From an uncultured Actinomycetes bacterium (GTDB lineage: Bacteria > Actinomycetota > UBA4738 > HRBIN12), in the NCBI GenBank assembly GCA_964640085.1, contig CAZXFA010000014.1, positions 281 to 64,280 of the forward strand: DNA of 64,000 nt, written 5' to 3'. The translations under genes and the position numbers were made by a program. Below are positions 50,800 to 60,689 of the stretch, piece after piece (positions within the stretch are counted from its first letter, which is position 1; each line of letters starts with the position of its first letter). The notes below the pieces were generated by a model that did not search any database, had not been told where the DNA came from, and was given only the letters and a program-made list of their open reading frames with translations.

Positions 50800-52770
50800 T
50801 CACCCGCCGGCCGGGACGATCTCCCCGGTGGACAGGATCACGCCGTCCTCGCACTCGGCCTGGACCAGCCCGCCGCGGAACTGCTGCTCGTACAGCCTCG
50901 CGTAGAGGCCGCCGCGCTCGAGCAGCTCGGCGTGCGTCCCCCGCTCGAGGATGCGACCGCGATCGACGACGAAGATCACGTCTGCCGAGAGGATCGTGGA
51001 GAGCCGGTGGGCGATGGCCAAGGTCGTGCGCTCGCGCATCAGCGGCTGGAGCGCCGACTGGACCAGACGTTCGGACGTCGTGTCGAGCGACGAGGTGGCC
51101 TCGTCCAGGATCAGGATGCGTGGGTCTTTCAGGATCACGCGGGCGATCGCCAGCCGCTGCTTCTCGCCACCGGACAGCTTGTATCCGCGCTCGCCCACCA
51201 CCGTGTCGTACCCCTCCGGCAGCTCGAGGATCCGCGTGTGGATGTTCGCGGCCCCCGCGGCGGCCTCGAGCTCGTCCTGGGTGGCGTCGGGCCGGCCGTA
51301 CAGGAGGTTCCGGCGGATCGTGGTGTGGAACAGGTACGTCTCCTGGGTGACGACGCCGATCAGCTCGCCCAGGGACGCCAGCCGGATCTTCCGGACATCG
51401 ACCCCGTCGATCTCGACCGCTCCACGCTGCAGGTCGTACAGGCGGGGCACGAGGTAGGTGATCGTGGTCTTCCCCGCACCCGACGGACCGACGAGCGCCG
51501 CGAGCTGCCCCGGCTCGATCTCGAGCGAGATGCCCTCGAGCGTCCACTCCCGCCGGGAGCCGTCCCCGGCGGCCAGGTCCGAAGGCGAGACGGGGGTTCC
51601 GCGATCCTCCGGCGGCGCCTCGTAGCGGAACCAGACGTCGCGCAGCGCGACGTGCCCACGGACCCCGTCCGGCGACAGCGTGACCGCGTCGGGCGCGTCG
51701 TGGATCTCCTGATCCATGTCCAGGTACTCGAAGATCCGATCGAACAGCGCCATCGAGGACTGGACCTCGGTGGAGACCTGGAGCATCGAGCCGATCGGGA
51801 AGAACAGCCGGGACTGGAGCGTGGTGAAGGCGACGATCGTCCCCGCCGTGATGCTGGCCCCCGTCGGGTTCCCGTCGATCACCCATCCGGCCACCAGGTA
51901 GACGAGCGCCGGCGTGATCGAGAAGAAGGTCCCGACCACTGCGAAGAACGATCGGCCGATCATCGTCTGGCGGATCTGGAGCCCGGTGAGGCGCTCGTTC
52001 TCGTCACGGAACCGCCCGATCTCGTGCCGCTGTCGCCCGAACGCCTTCGAGAGGAGGATCCCCGAGACCGAAAGCGTCTCCTCGGTCACGGCCGTGAGAT
52101 CAGCGAGGGTCTTCTGCGTGCTGCTCGCCACCTCCCGCCTGGCGCGTCCCACCTTCACGGTGAGCCACAGGAACAACGGCAGGAGCGACAGCGAGAGAGC
52201 GGTCAGCTGCCACGACAGCAGGAGCATCGCGATCAGGGTGCTCATGATCACGACGACGTTGGACAGCACGTTGGACGCGGTGTCGGTGACCACCGATTGC
52301 ACCCCGCCGACGTCGTTCGCGAGCCGGGACTGAATCTCGCCGGTGCGCGTCGTGGTGAAGAACCGCAAGGGCATGAACTGCAGGTGGCTGTAGAGCGAGT
52401 TCCGCAGATCCTGCATCACGCGGAGGCCCACGAGGTTCGCGAGGTAGGTCTGCCCGATCCCGATCAGGCCGGTGACGATCGGGATCGCCACCATGAGCCC
52501 CACGCCGAGGTACAGCGCATGCAGGTTGGGGCACGTCCCCGCATCGCAGACGCCAGGCGGGTTCCCGAACAGCGCTCGATCGAAGATCCACTTGATCAAC
52601 AGCGGGTTCACCACGCCGAGCCCCGAGGTGGCGACGATCGCGAGCGCCACCAGCCCCACCTTTCCTCGGTAGGGGCGGAACGTGGCCACCACCCGACGCA
52701 CGGTCTGGCGGCGGATCGGGCGCAGGTCCTCCTCGTTCGGGACGCGGAACAGGCGACCGTGGCCTCGCAT
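50800..52770 (-). CDS. ABC exporter, fused permease and ATP-binding domains
   Basis: TGEIQSRLANDVGG, GPSGAGKTT, LSGGEKQR, LDEATS, AHRLST. Confidence 0.92.
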   Translation of the reverse strand: MRGHGRLFRVPNEEDLRPIRRQTVRRVVATFRPYRGKVGLVALAIVATSGLGVVNPLLIKWIFDRALFGNPPGVCDAGTCPNLHALYLGVGLMVAIPIVTGLIGIGQTYLANLVGLRVMQDLRNSLYSHLQFMPLRFFTTTRTGEIQSRLANDVGGVQSVVTDTASNVLSNVVVIMSTLIAMLLLSWQLTALSLSLLPLFLWLTVKVGRARREVASSTQKTLADLTAVTEETLSVSGILLSKAFGRQRHEIGRFRDENERLTGLQIRQTMIGRSFFAVVGTFFSITPALVYLVAGWVIDGNPTGASITAGTIVAFTTLQSRLFFPIGSMLQVSTEVQSSMALFDRIFEYLDMDQEIHDAPDAVTLSPDGVRGHVALRDVWFRYEAPPEDRGTPVSPSDLAAGDGSRREWTLEGISLEIEPGQLAALVGPSGAGKTTITYLVPRLYDLQRGAVEIDGVDVRKIRLASLGELIGVVTQETYLFHTTIRRNLLYGRPDATQDELEAAAGAANIHTRILELPEGYDTVVGERGYKLSGGEKQRLAIARVILKDPRILILDEATSSLDTTSERLVQSALQPLMRERTTLAIAHRLSTILSADVIFVVDRGRILERGTHAELLERGGLYARLYEQQFRGGLVQAECEDGVILSTGEIVPAGG

Positions 52771-52826
52771 GGTCCCAGGATACGGCCGCCCGCCGATACG
52801 CCCCGCGACGGGGGTAGGCTCTCGGA

Positions 52827-53288
52827 ATGGACGCTTCCGTCCAGCTCACGCTGCTCGGGCGGGCGGCCCTGGCGGCCCTCCTCGGCTTCGCGATCGGGAT
52901 GGAGCGCGAATACCGAGGCAAGTCCGCGGGCGAGCGAACCTTCGCGCTGCTCGCGCTGGGAGCCGCCGGGTTCACGGGGGGCGGCACCCTGCTGGCCAGT
53001 CCGAACGGGACGTCGCGCGTGATCCAGGGCGTGGTGGCGGGGATGGGATTCCTCGGCGCGGGCGTCATCTTCCGCCGGGCGGAACGGGGCGTGAAGGGGC
53101 TCACCACCGCGGCCGGCGCGTGGGCGGCCTCGGCGATCGGCGTGCTCGTCGGGCTGGGCGCCTACCTGGCCAGCGTGCTGATCACGCTCCTCGTGCTCTT
53201 GGTGCTCGAGCTTGACCAGGTGCCCGTGCTACGGCGGATCCGCGACCTCGCCCTCCAGCAGGAGGGCGAGGACCAGGAGCGGGACTGA
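52827..53288 (+). CDS. MgtC/SapB family membrane protein
   Basis: IGMERE..KSAG.RT, V.GMGFLGAG, GLTTAA. Confidence 0.9.
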   Translation: MDASVQLTLLGRAALAALLGFAIGMEREYRGKSAGERTFALLALGAAGFTGGGTLLASPNGTSRVIQGVVAGMGFLGAGVIFRRAERGVKGLTTAAGAWAASAIGVLVGLGAYLASVLITLLVLLVLELDQVPVLRRIRDLALQQEGEDQERD

Positions 53289-53978
53289 TCAGCGGCCGAG
53301 CTCCACGGCCCGTGCGAGCACCTCGTCCAGCATCTGCGGCGTGAGCCTCCCCGTGAAGGTGTTCTGCTGGCTCACGTGGTAGCAGCCGAGCAGCCGGTAC
53401 GGCCCCACCTGGACCTCGGCGCCGTGTCCGAAGCGGGGCTTCGGACGGACCCGGTGCCCGTGCGCGGCGAGGGCCCGGAGCGCCCCGTCCCATCCGAACC
53501 CTCCGAGCGCGACGATCACCTCGAGACGCTCGAGCGCCGCGATCTCGCGCTCCAGGAACGGGAGGCATCGATCCCGCTCCGCGGCCGTGGGGCGGTTCCC
53601 CGGCGGCGCGCACCGGTTCACCGCGGCGACGTAGGCGTGCCGGAGCCGGAGCCCGTCGTCCCGAGACACCGAGGTGGCCTGGTTCGCGAGCCCGCATCGG
53701 TGCAGCCCCTCGAAGAGGAAGTCGCCCGATCGGTCGCCCGTGAAGATGCGGCCCGTCCGGTTCCCTCCGTGGGCCGCGGGAGCCAGCCCGACCAGCATCA
53801 CGCGGGCGGCCGGATCCCCGAACCCGGGCACGGGGCGCCCCCAGTACTCCTGGTCGGCGAACCGCGCCACCTTCTCCCGAGCCGCGCGCTCCCGCCAGGC
53901 CACCAGGCGCGGGCACGCGCGGCAGACAACGATCTCCGCCTTCAGCCGGTCGAGGTCGTCGGCGCGGTCCCGGCCCAT
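53289..53978 (-). CDS. udgB: Family 5 uracil-DNA glycosylase (UdgB)
   Basis: CRACPRL, GLAPAAHGGNRTGRIFTGD, RCAPP, YHVSQQNT. Confidence 0.9.
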   Translation of the reverse strand: MGRDRADDLDRLKAEIVVCRACPRLVAWRERAAREKVARFADQEYWGRPVPGFGDPAARVMLVGLAPAAHGGNRTGRIFTGDRSGDFLFEGLHRCGLANQATSVSRDDGLRLRHAYVAAVNRCAPPGNRPTAAERDRCLPFLEREIAALERLEVIVALGGFGWDGALRALAAHGHRVRPKPRFGHGAEVQVGPYRLLGCYHVSQQNTFTGRLTPQMLDEVLARAVELGR

Positions 53979-54052
53979 GACCTCGATGGTAGGCCCGCGA
54001 CCTGGGTGGTTGTCTTCCCCGGCCAGGATGGTAAGAAGGGAACCCTCCCCCC

Positions 54053-55609
54053 ATGGCCGAACCCAAGACCGTCGCCCGCGCGTCGCTGCGCGTCGCCGTC
54101 CTGTTGGCGACGACCGCCTCGATCCTGGCGGGAGTCCCGCTCTCGCCCGGGGGTACGACCCCCGAGACGGTGGTCCGGACGGTTCGCGTCTCCACGGCCG
54201 CGCTGGCGGGTGCTTCCCTCGGCCCCGGCCTGCGGCTGGTGGGCGGCGAGCTCCACGCCGCCAGCCCCGAGCGAACCGCGACGACCCGCGTCTGCGCACC
54301 GATCTGGGCGACCGGCCTCGGCGTCACGTGGCGCCAGCACGGCGGTGGCGATGTCGTCGTCGGGGTGCGTCCCGAGGACGACCGGGACCGTGCCGGGGCG
54401 GTCGTGCATCTGGATGCTGGCGACGACGCCGATCCCGCCTCGCCCGACGCCGCCTCGGGACGACGGGGCTCGGGGTTCCTGTGGACCGGTGGATCACGGT
54501 GCGTCCGACTCTCGATGGCGCTGCCCCGGGGAGCGGCGATCGCGGGCGTGCGGGTCGTGTTCGTGAACGCGTCCGGCACCTCGGCCGGTCCGGGAACCGG
54601 CCCGCCCGATCTGGAGCGCGCCGGAGAGAGCCTCCCGACGGCGTCCGCGCTGGCCCGTCGACCCCGGATCATGACGCGCGAGCGGTGGGGCGCCGACCCC
54701 GACCTGATGAACTGCACACCACTGATCGCCGACCAGGTCCGGATGGGCTTCGTCCACCACACCGCCGGCTCGAACGACTACTCGCGCGCGGAGGCCGACG
54801 ACGTGGTCCGCGGGGTGTACGCGTACCACACGAACGGTCGGGGCTGGTGCGACATCGGCTACAACTTCCTGATCGACCGGTTCGGGACCATCTACGAGGG
54901 ACGCTCGGGCGGGGTCGAGCTCCCGGTGATCGGCGCGGCGCAGATGGGGTTCAACACGCGTGCGTTCTCCGTCTCGGTGATGGGCAACTTCGAGATCGCG
55001 GCCGTCCCCAGGGCGGTCCGGCGCGCCCTCGTCCGGTTGCTCGCCTGGCGACTGGACGTGGCGCACGTGAACCCTCGCGCCCGCGCCACGATGATCTCGG
55101 CCGGTGGGAGCACCACGCGCTACGACGCCGGCGATACGGTCCGGCTGGCCACGATCTCGGGTCACCGGGACACCGGCTACACCGCGTGCCCGGGAGCCCG
55201 GCTGTACCCGCTCCTGCCCAAGATCCGGGACCGTGTCGCGCGCCGGGGTCTCCCGAAGATCTACAAGCCGCGCCTCTCGATCGCCGAGCTGACCGCGGGC
55301 GTGCCGGCCGACCTCCGGATGAGGGCGCGGGGCTCCGGACCCCTCCTGTGGTCGGTGACGCTCCTCGGACCCGACGGCGCGGTGGTGGCTCAGCTCGGCG
55401 AGGCCTCGGGTCGAGAGCTCGACCTCACCTGGCCGGGGATCGGGCCGCCCGCCCAGCCCACGACGCCGGGCGCGTACTCGATCGCGATCGCCGCGATGGC
55501 CCCCGACGGGCGGCTCGCACGGTCGGCGTTCTTCTCGCTCACGGTGCTTTCCGCGCCCACACCGACGCCCTCGCCGCCCCCCTCCCCCTCGCCGTCGTCC
55601 CCACCCTAG
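54053..55609 (+). CDS. Secreted N-acetylmuramoyl-L-alanine amidase (Amidase_2/PGRP-like)
   Basis: Signal peptide; FVHHTAG, GWCDIGYNFLIDRFG..YEGR, GHRD..TACPG; Pro/Ser-rich tail. Confidence 0.88.
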   Translation: MAEPKTVARASLRVAVLLATTASILAGVPLSPGGTTPETVVRTVRVSTAALAGASLGPGLRLVGGELHAASPERTATTRVCAPIWATGLGVTWRQHGGGDVVVGVRPEDDRDRAGAVVHLDAGDDADPASPDAASGRRGSGFLWTGGSRCVRLSMALPRGAAIAGVRVVFVNASGTSAGPGTGPPDLERAGESLPTASALARRPRIMTRERWGADPDLMNCTPLIADQVRMGFVHHTAGSNDYSRAEADDVVRGVYAYHTNGRGWCDIGYNFLIDRFGTIYEGRSGGVELPVIGAAQMGFNTRAFSVSVMGNFEIAAVPRAVRRALVRLLAWRLDVAHVNPRARATMISAGGSTTRYDAGDTVRLATISGHRDTGYTACPGARLYPLLPKIRDRVARRGLPKIYKPRLSIAELTAGVPADLRMRARGSGPLLWSVTLLGPDGAVVAQLGEASGRELDLTWPGIGPPAQPTTPGAYSIAIAAMAPDGRLARSAFFSLTVLSAPTPTPSPPPSPSPSSPP

Positions 55610-56010
55610 CGCCGGTTCGAGCGCAGCTCGCGGAACCGCTCCGCCGCCCCCTGGAAGGCCTCGAGCGGGGCGATCAGTTCCCCCACCAGGCCGATCAGCG
55701 CCTCGAAGCCTTCGGGCTCCGAGGCCTCCAAGCGGAGCCGCTCGGCGAGCCCTCGCGCCCGGCGGAGCCCGTCGCGGGCCTCCACCCACTCGGTCTCAAC
55801 CTCGGGGGTCCGCCAGCCCTCCATCCCCGCCTCCACCTCCCGGAGTCCCTCCTCGAACCCGAGGACGGTGTCGGCGAGGGGGCGTCCGGGCAGCCGCGTG
55901 CCGGGGACGGAGTCCGTGAGGGAGTGCTTGGCCACCTCGAGCTTGGGCACGAGCGCCCGGAAGGCCTCGTACGGCCCAACGAGGTGGTCGGGCAGCCGGC
56001 GACGGCTCAC
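55606..56010 (-). CDS. Hypothetical helical protein
   Basis: Protein-like composition; co-oriented immediately downstream of the GDPD gene. Confidence 0.6.
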   Translation of the reverse strand: MSRRRLPDHLVGPYEAFRALVPKLEVAKHSLTDSVPGTRLPGRPLADTVLGFEEGLREVEAGMEGWRTPEVETEWVEARDGLRRARGLAERLRLEASEPEGFEALIGLVGELIAPLEAFQGAAERFRELRSNRR

Positions 56011-56020
56011 GGCGCCGGGC

Positions 56021-56803
56021 TCACGCCGGGCGAGCGCGGTCTGTCAGGCACCCCATCGCCATCCGTGGATCGTTCGAGGCGATCGCGTCGAGCCCACGAT
56101 CCAGGAGCATCTCCAGCGTCGGGCGGTCGTCGACCGTCCAGGTCCCCACGCGGAGACCGGCCGCGTGCACCTCGTCGACGTAGTCGGGACCGGCCGGGAT
56201 CAGGGACCAGGTCCCCGGCAGCACGAGGTCGTGACCCTCCTTCGCGGCGTAGGCGAGGGCATCGCGCGGATCTACCGGATGGGTGGACAGGAACCCCGTC
56301 GGAACCTCGGGCGCCATCGCTTTCGACGCCTCGATCGAGCGAGGATCGAACGACAGGATCAGGACCGGACCCGCGAACGAGCACCGCTCGAGCTCGGCGT
56401 GCGCCGCCTCCACGAGCGCCTCCCGGTCGGAGTGGTTCGGCTCACCCGGGAGGCTCTTGATCTCCAGCGCGACGGCCGCCCGACCCGAGATCAGCTCGAG
56501 CGCGTCCGCGAGGGTCGGGACCGGCTCAGGCGCCCGCGGCGTCCCGGCGTTCAGCTCTGCCAAGCGCGAGGCCGGGAGTTCGTGCACCAAGCCAGCTCCG
56601 TCGGTGGTCCGGGACACGTCCGGATCGTGCATCACGACAGCCGCCCCGTCGGAGGTCAGCCGAACGTCGAGCTCGATCACCGGGACGCCGAGCTCCAGCG
56701 CGGCCCGGAAAGCGGTCAGCGTGTTCTCAGGGTGCGTCGCCGAGGCGCCACGGTGCGCCACGATCGCGGGGAAGGCATCGTCCGGGAACCCATGGGCGGC
56801 CAT
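56021..56803 (-). CDS. Glycerophosphodiester phosphodiesterase
   Basis: VAHRGAS..PENT, ELDVRLT.DG..VVMHD, EIK, WTVD. Confidence 0.92.
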   Translation of the reverse strand: MAAHGFPDDAFPAIVAHRGASATHPENTLTAFRAALELGVPVIELDVRLTSDGAAVVMHDPDVSRTTDGAGLVHELPASRLAELNAGTPRAPEPVPTLADALELISGRAAVALEIKSLPGEPNHSDREALVEAAHAELERCSFAGPVLILSFDPRSIEASKAMAPEVPTGFLSTHPVDPRDALAYAAKEGHDLVLPGTWSLIPAGPDYVDEVHAAGLRVGTWTVDDRPTLEMLLDRGLDAIASNDPRMAMGCLTDRARPA

Positions 56804-56830
56804 GGCGCCGGAACCCTACCAAGCCCGCGC

Positions 56831-57487
56831 TCAGACCTCGCTGGAGGGACAGAGATGGTTGACGGGACACTCGCTGCAGCGCGGTCGGCGCGCCTGGCAG
56901 AGCGCGCGACCGTGATCGATCAACACGTAGGTGAAGTCGAACCACCGCTCCCTCGGCACCAGGCGCATCAGGTCCTGTTCGATCTTGTCCGGATCCTTCT
57001 GGGTGCTGAAGCCGAGCCGGTTCGCCAGCCGTTTCACGTGCGTGTCGACCGCGATGCCCTCGACCTTCCCGAAGGCGTTGCCGAGGACGATGTTCGCCGT
57101 CTTCCGGGCGACACCGCGCAGCGTCAGCAGGTCCTCCATCGTGTCGGGGACCTCCCCGTCGTACACCTCGACGATGCGCCGGCACGCCTCTCGGATCGAG
57201 ATGGCTTTCTGGTTGAAGAACCCGGTGGGCTTGATGTCGCGCTTGAGCTCCTCCTCGGGCACGCGGACGTATCCCTCTGCCGTCCGGTACTTGCGGAAGA
57301 GCTCGTCCGTGACCTCGTTCACCTTCTCGTCGGTGCACTGGGCCGACAGGATCGTGGCCACGAGCATCTCGAGCGGGTTCGAGAACCGGAGCGCGACCCT
57401 GGCGTCGGGGTAGGCATCCGAGAGGAGCCCGACGATCCTCGGCGCGCGGGCCTCGATCGGGTCGTCCCGGGTGAGCGCGGGCGCCAT
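56831..57487 (-). CDS. nth: Endonuclease III
   Basis: LSAQCTD, GVARKTAN (HhH), AVDTHV, C..RRPRCSECP..LCP [4Fe-4S] motif. Confidence 0.95.
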   Translation of the reverse strand: MAPALTRDDPIEARAPRIVGLLSDAYPDARVALRFSNPLEMLVATILSAQCTDEKVNEVTDELFRKYRTAEGYVRVPEEELKRDIKPTGFFNQKAISIREACRRIVEVYDGEVPDTMEDLLTLRGVARKTANIVLGNAFGKVEGIAVDTHVKRLANRLGFSTQKDPDKIEQDLMRLVPRERWFDFTYVLIDHGRALCQARRPRCSECPVNHLCPSSEV

Positions 57488-57491
57488 CGGG

Positions 57492-58220
57492 CTACGCGGC
57501 GAGCGCCAGCTCGAGCTCGAAGGCGTCGCGGTGCCGGTACGTCGACCACTCGCCGCGCATCAAGACGTGGATCCCGCCTCGGCCCATCACGGTCCACCTC
57601 CGTCCGTCCCCGACCATCGCGGTCTCCTCGTCCAGGCCCACGAAGACCTGGCCGTCTCGAACCGAGCCGACCACGAACTCGGTCGCTCCGGCGATCCAGG
57701 TGTCGATGATGTCCCAGTGCGGCCCGAACAGGGCGTCGCGAACGTACCCGAGCCCCGGTGCCCAGACGGAATCCAGGCTGTCGACGTCGCTGTCGTACGT
57801 CACGTCGGTGAGGCACGCGACCCCGGCGCTGCACCCCGCGTACGGGAGCCCGTCCCGGATCGCCTCGCGCAGCGCCGCCCAGAAGGGCGTGTCCCCGATC
57901 ACCTCCGTGAGGCGGGCGGGGTTCCCACCCGAGAAGAACACCATCGAGGCGTCGTCGAGCCGGCGCACGATCTCGTCCCGGTTCGCGTCCACGCGGGCCT
58001 TCAGGGGCAGCACCTCCGCGGGAATCTGGAACTCGCGATAGTGATCCAGGCCCTTGCTCCCCCACGAGGCGAACGAGTCATCGCCCTCGTGCGCCGCGGC
58101 GGTCGGGACCACCAGCACCGGCCCCCCGGGGGTGCGGGAGCGTTCGACCAGCCAGCGCTCCACGGGCTCGGACCAGGGGTCGAACTCGCCCGAGCCGAGC
58201 AACCCGATCCAGGTGGTCAC
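57492..58220 (-). CDS. Peptidase S51 (peptidase E/cyanophycinase-like) family protein
   Basis: LLGSGEF, PTAA, FSGGNP, AGCSAG nucleophile elbow, PHWD, GLDEETA. Confidence 0.8.
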   Translation of the reverse strand: MTTWIGLLGSGEFDPWSEPVERWLVERSRTPGGPVLVVPTAAAHEGDDSFASWGSKGLDHYREFQIPAEVLPLKARVDANRDEIVRRLDDASMVFFSGGNPARLTEVIGDTPFWAALREAIRDGLPYAGCSAGVACLTDVTYDSDVDSLDSVWAPGLGYVRDALFGPHWDIIDTWIAGATEFVVGSVRDGQVFVGLDEETAMVGDGRRWTVMGRGGIHVLMRGEWSTYRHRDAFELELALAA

Positions 58221-58942
58221 GACCTCTCCTCGCCCAGACGGAACCCCTCGAACGACATCTCGCGCCACCACGTCTCTTCTCCGACGGCCTCGACGATGGA
58301 CTCGACCTGGCTGACGTGCGCCCTGATCGCCTCCACCTTGAGCGCCAGGATGTCCTCCGGCAGCTGGTACTCGATCGACAGCTCCTCGCGCTGGGTGATC
58401 GGGGGCGTCCCCGGCCGGAACACGTTGAACGGCTCCCACACCGGGAGGAACTCCTCCGCCCACTCCGGCGTCACGGTCGCGTAGTGGAGCCTCGATCCGG
58501 GCCTCCCGACCTCCCGGAAGGCCCGGGTCGCCCAGCCCGAGACATCCTTGTGGGCGGCGTGGTCGGTCATACCGTCCGGGCCGAAGGTGAGGACCGTGTC
58601 GGGCTGGACCTCCGCCATGATGTCCCGAACGCGCTCGTATCCGTGAGCCGGAAGCCCGGTGTCCATGTCGATGTCCGGGAAGTCGAGCCAGATGTGCTCC
58701 TGCACCCCGAGGATCGCCATCGAGCGTTCCATCTCGGCGGTCCGCACCTCGCCCATCTTCTCGGGTGGCCACTTCTCCTCGTCCATCGAGCCGCCCTCGC
58801 CTCGCGTCGCGGTGACGCAGACCACCCGCGAGCCGTTCCGCACCGCCCTGGCCATCAGGCCCGCCGCCAGGTAGGTCTCGTCGTCCGGGTGCGCCCAGAC
58901 CCCGAGGATCGTTGCGCCCAACTCGTCCATGTGTTCCCCCAC
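58217..58942 (-). CDS. PIG-L family deacetylase (MshB/Mca-like)
   Basis: WAHPDDE, ATRGE, TFGPDGMTDHAAH, AHVSQ. Confidence 0.88.
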   Translation of the reverse strand: MGEHMDELGATILGVWAHPDDETYLAAGLMARAVRNGSRVVCVTATRGEGGSMDEEKWPPEKMGEVRTAEMERSMAILGVQEHIWLDFPDIDMDTGLPAHGYERVRDIMAEVQPDTVLTFGPDGMTDHAAHKDVSGWATRAFREVGRPGSRLHYATVTPEWAEEFLPVWEPFNVFRPGTPPITQREELSIEYQLPEDILALKVEAIRAHVSQVESIVEAVGEETWWREMSFEGFRLGEERS

Positions 58943-58954
58943 CTCCGTCGTCGC

Positions 58955-59338
58955 TCAACCCACCGGCCGGACGAAGTGATAAGCGATGGTGTGTCCGCCG
59001 AAGGACAGCGGGATCATCTCCGTCTCGGCCTGGAACGTCGATCCGTCCTTGCGAACCCCGCGGAACCGGAGCGTCGCGGGGAAGGCCAGCCGCTGGACTC
59101 GGTTCCAGTAGTGCCAGGAGAACATCTCCTGATCGTCGTCGTGCACCAGACGTTGGAGCAGGTATGGGGTGTTCTCCAGCTCGCCGACCGTGAACCCGAA
59201 CATCGATGCGAGCTTCTCGTTGCAGGTCCAGTGTTCCTCGTCCAACCACACGTACACGCCGTCGGGGCTGGACTCGAACACCGGACCGAGATGCTCGGCC
59301 AGCCGTGGGATCACCTCATCGTGCGCGATCGGCTCCAT
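58955..59338 (-). CDS. Stand-alone PAS domain protein
   Basis: VFESSPDGVYV, CNEKLASMFGF, LVHDDD, RKDGSTF (PAC-like end). Confidence 0.75.
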   Translation of the reverse strand: MEPIAHDEVIPRLAEHLGPVFESSPDGVYVWLDEEHWTCNEKLASMFGFTVGELENTPYLLQRLVHDDDQEMFSWHYWNRVQRLAFPATLRFRGVRKDGSTFQAETEMIPLSFGGHTIAYHFVRPVG

Positions 59339-59463
59339 CGATGCCCTTCCTCCCTCGAGGCGCGCATCATCCTAGGCCACGAACGGCGAGGGCGAGGCGG
59401 GGAACGGCTCCGCGAACGGGGGCGGTTCCGGATCCCGCACGAAGGAGGGGAACGCGGCAGACC

Positions 59464-59652
59464 TCAGTCGTGCTCGGGCCGCAGGCGCTTGCCCCGGTAG
59501 GTGGGGAACACCGCGTCGGCGTGCTGCCAGCAACGCTCGGACCTGTTGTAGATCGACAACCGGGTCCGGCAGCCCGGATGCGCGCACACGCGGTTGGCCC
59601 CGGCCGCCTTCGAGGCGGCGGGGACCCGGCCGGGTCTGGTTCCCTTGGTCAC
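59464..59652 (-). CDS. Small Cys/His-rich hypothetical protein (possible Zn-binding)
   Basis: RVCAHPGCRTRLSIYNRSERCWQH; start uncertain. Confidence 0.55.
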   Translation of the reverse strand: MTKGTRPGRVPAASKAAGANRVCAHPGCRTRLSIYNRSERCWQHADAVFPTYRGKRLRPEHD

Positions 59653-59735
59653 GGTCGGAAGGTACGGTCCGAAGGTCACGGGTCGGACTCCCCCGCTCGG
59701 CATTCGGCGCTCGACGGCCCCTGGTTCACCGGCCG

Positions 59736-59978
59736 CTAGGCGTCCGTGGGATCCACGAACAGCGAACGCATCCGCTCGGCGAACGCAGGGGGCACCGCGT
59801 CGCACCCGCACCTGGCCCGGAGGAGCTCCTTCAGGCGCCGCTGGAACTCGGAGTGATCCGAGCATGGCCCGCACCCGCCGAGGTGCTCCTCGATCTCGGT
59901 CCGGATGGACCCGTGCAGCTCACCATCTAGGTAGAGCTCGATCTGCTTCAGGGCCTCAAGGCAATCGATCGGAGACAA
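59736..59978 (-). CDS. Zinc-binding anti-sigma factor (RshA/RsrA-like)
   Basis: DC....YLDGE...[11 protein letters not shown] motif (HxxxCxxC); overlaps the end of the sigma gene; TTG start inferred. Confidence 0.85.
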   Translation of the reverse strand: MSPIDCLEALKQIELYLDGELHGSIRTEIEEHLGGCGPCSDHSEFQRRLKELLRARCGCDAVPPAFAERMRSLFVDPTDA

Positions 59979-60552
59979 GTCCTCGCTCCCGTACCGTTTC
60001 CCACAACGCCTTCTGCAGGGCTTTCCTTCCCCGGTGCAAGCGTGACATGACGGTGCCGATCGGGATGTCCAGAATCTCGGCGATCTCCTTGTAGCTGAAT
60101 CCTTCGACATCGGCCAGCAGCACGGCCATGCGGAAGTTCTCCGGCAGTTCCTCGAGTGCCCGCTGGACGTCCTCGTCGGGGATCCGCTCGAGCACCTCGG
60201 ACTCGGCCGAGGCCTCCACGCCGGCTCCGCCGAGGCGGTCGTACAGGTACCAGTCCTCGATGTCGTCGTCGTGGACCGTGACGGGCTCCCGCTGCTTCTT
60301 CCGGTAGGAGTTGATGAACGTGTTGGTGAGGATCCGGTACATCCACGCCCGCAGGTTGGTCCCCTCCTCGAACCCGCCGAACCCCCGATAGGCACGTAGG
60401 TACGCCTCTTGGACCAGGTCCTCCGCGTCCTGCTGGTTCCGCGTGAGCCGGAGGGCCGCACCGTACAGGTTCGGGAGCAGCGGGAGCACGTCCCGCTCGA
60501 ACCGCTCGCGCACGGCGGGGTCCTCGGGCGGCGCGGCCGGCTTACGGGCCAA
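59956..60552 (-). CDS. ECF sigma factor, SigH/SigR-like
   Basis: [69 protein letters not shown]. Confidence 0.92.
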   Translation of the reverse strand: MARKPAAPPEDPAVRERFERDVLPLLPNLYGAALRLTRNQQDAEDLVQEAYLRAYRGFGGFEEGTNLRAWMYRILTNTFINSYRKKQREPVTVHDDDIEDWYLYDRLGGAGVEASAESEVLERIPDEDVQRALEELPENFRMAVLLADVEGFSYKEIAEILDIPIGTVMSRLHRGRKALQKALWETVRERGLVSDRLP

Positions 60553-60689
60553 CGCGGATCTCCATCACATGCGCACCCATCGGTCCCTCACCGGTCCTCG
60601 ACAGTCCGCATCCAACGGCCCCAGTATCCCGCATCGCGCCGATCGCCCGACTGTCGGACGTCGAGACCTGGTGGGAAGATGGAGGTCCG

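Noticed and set aside
60553-60689. Possible SigH/SigR autoregulatory promoter (GGAA-N18-GTT)
   Set aside because: I could not find a match with correct spacing on either strand.
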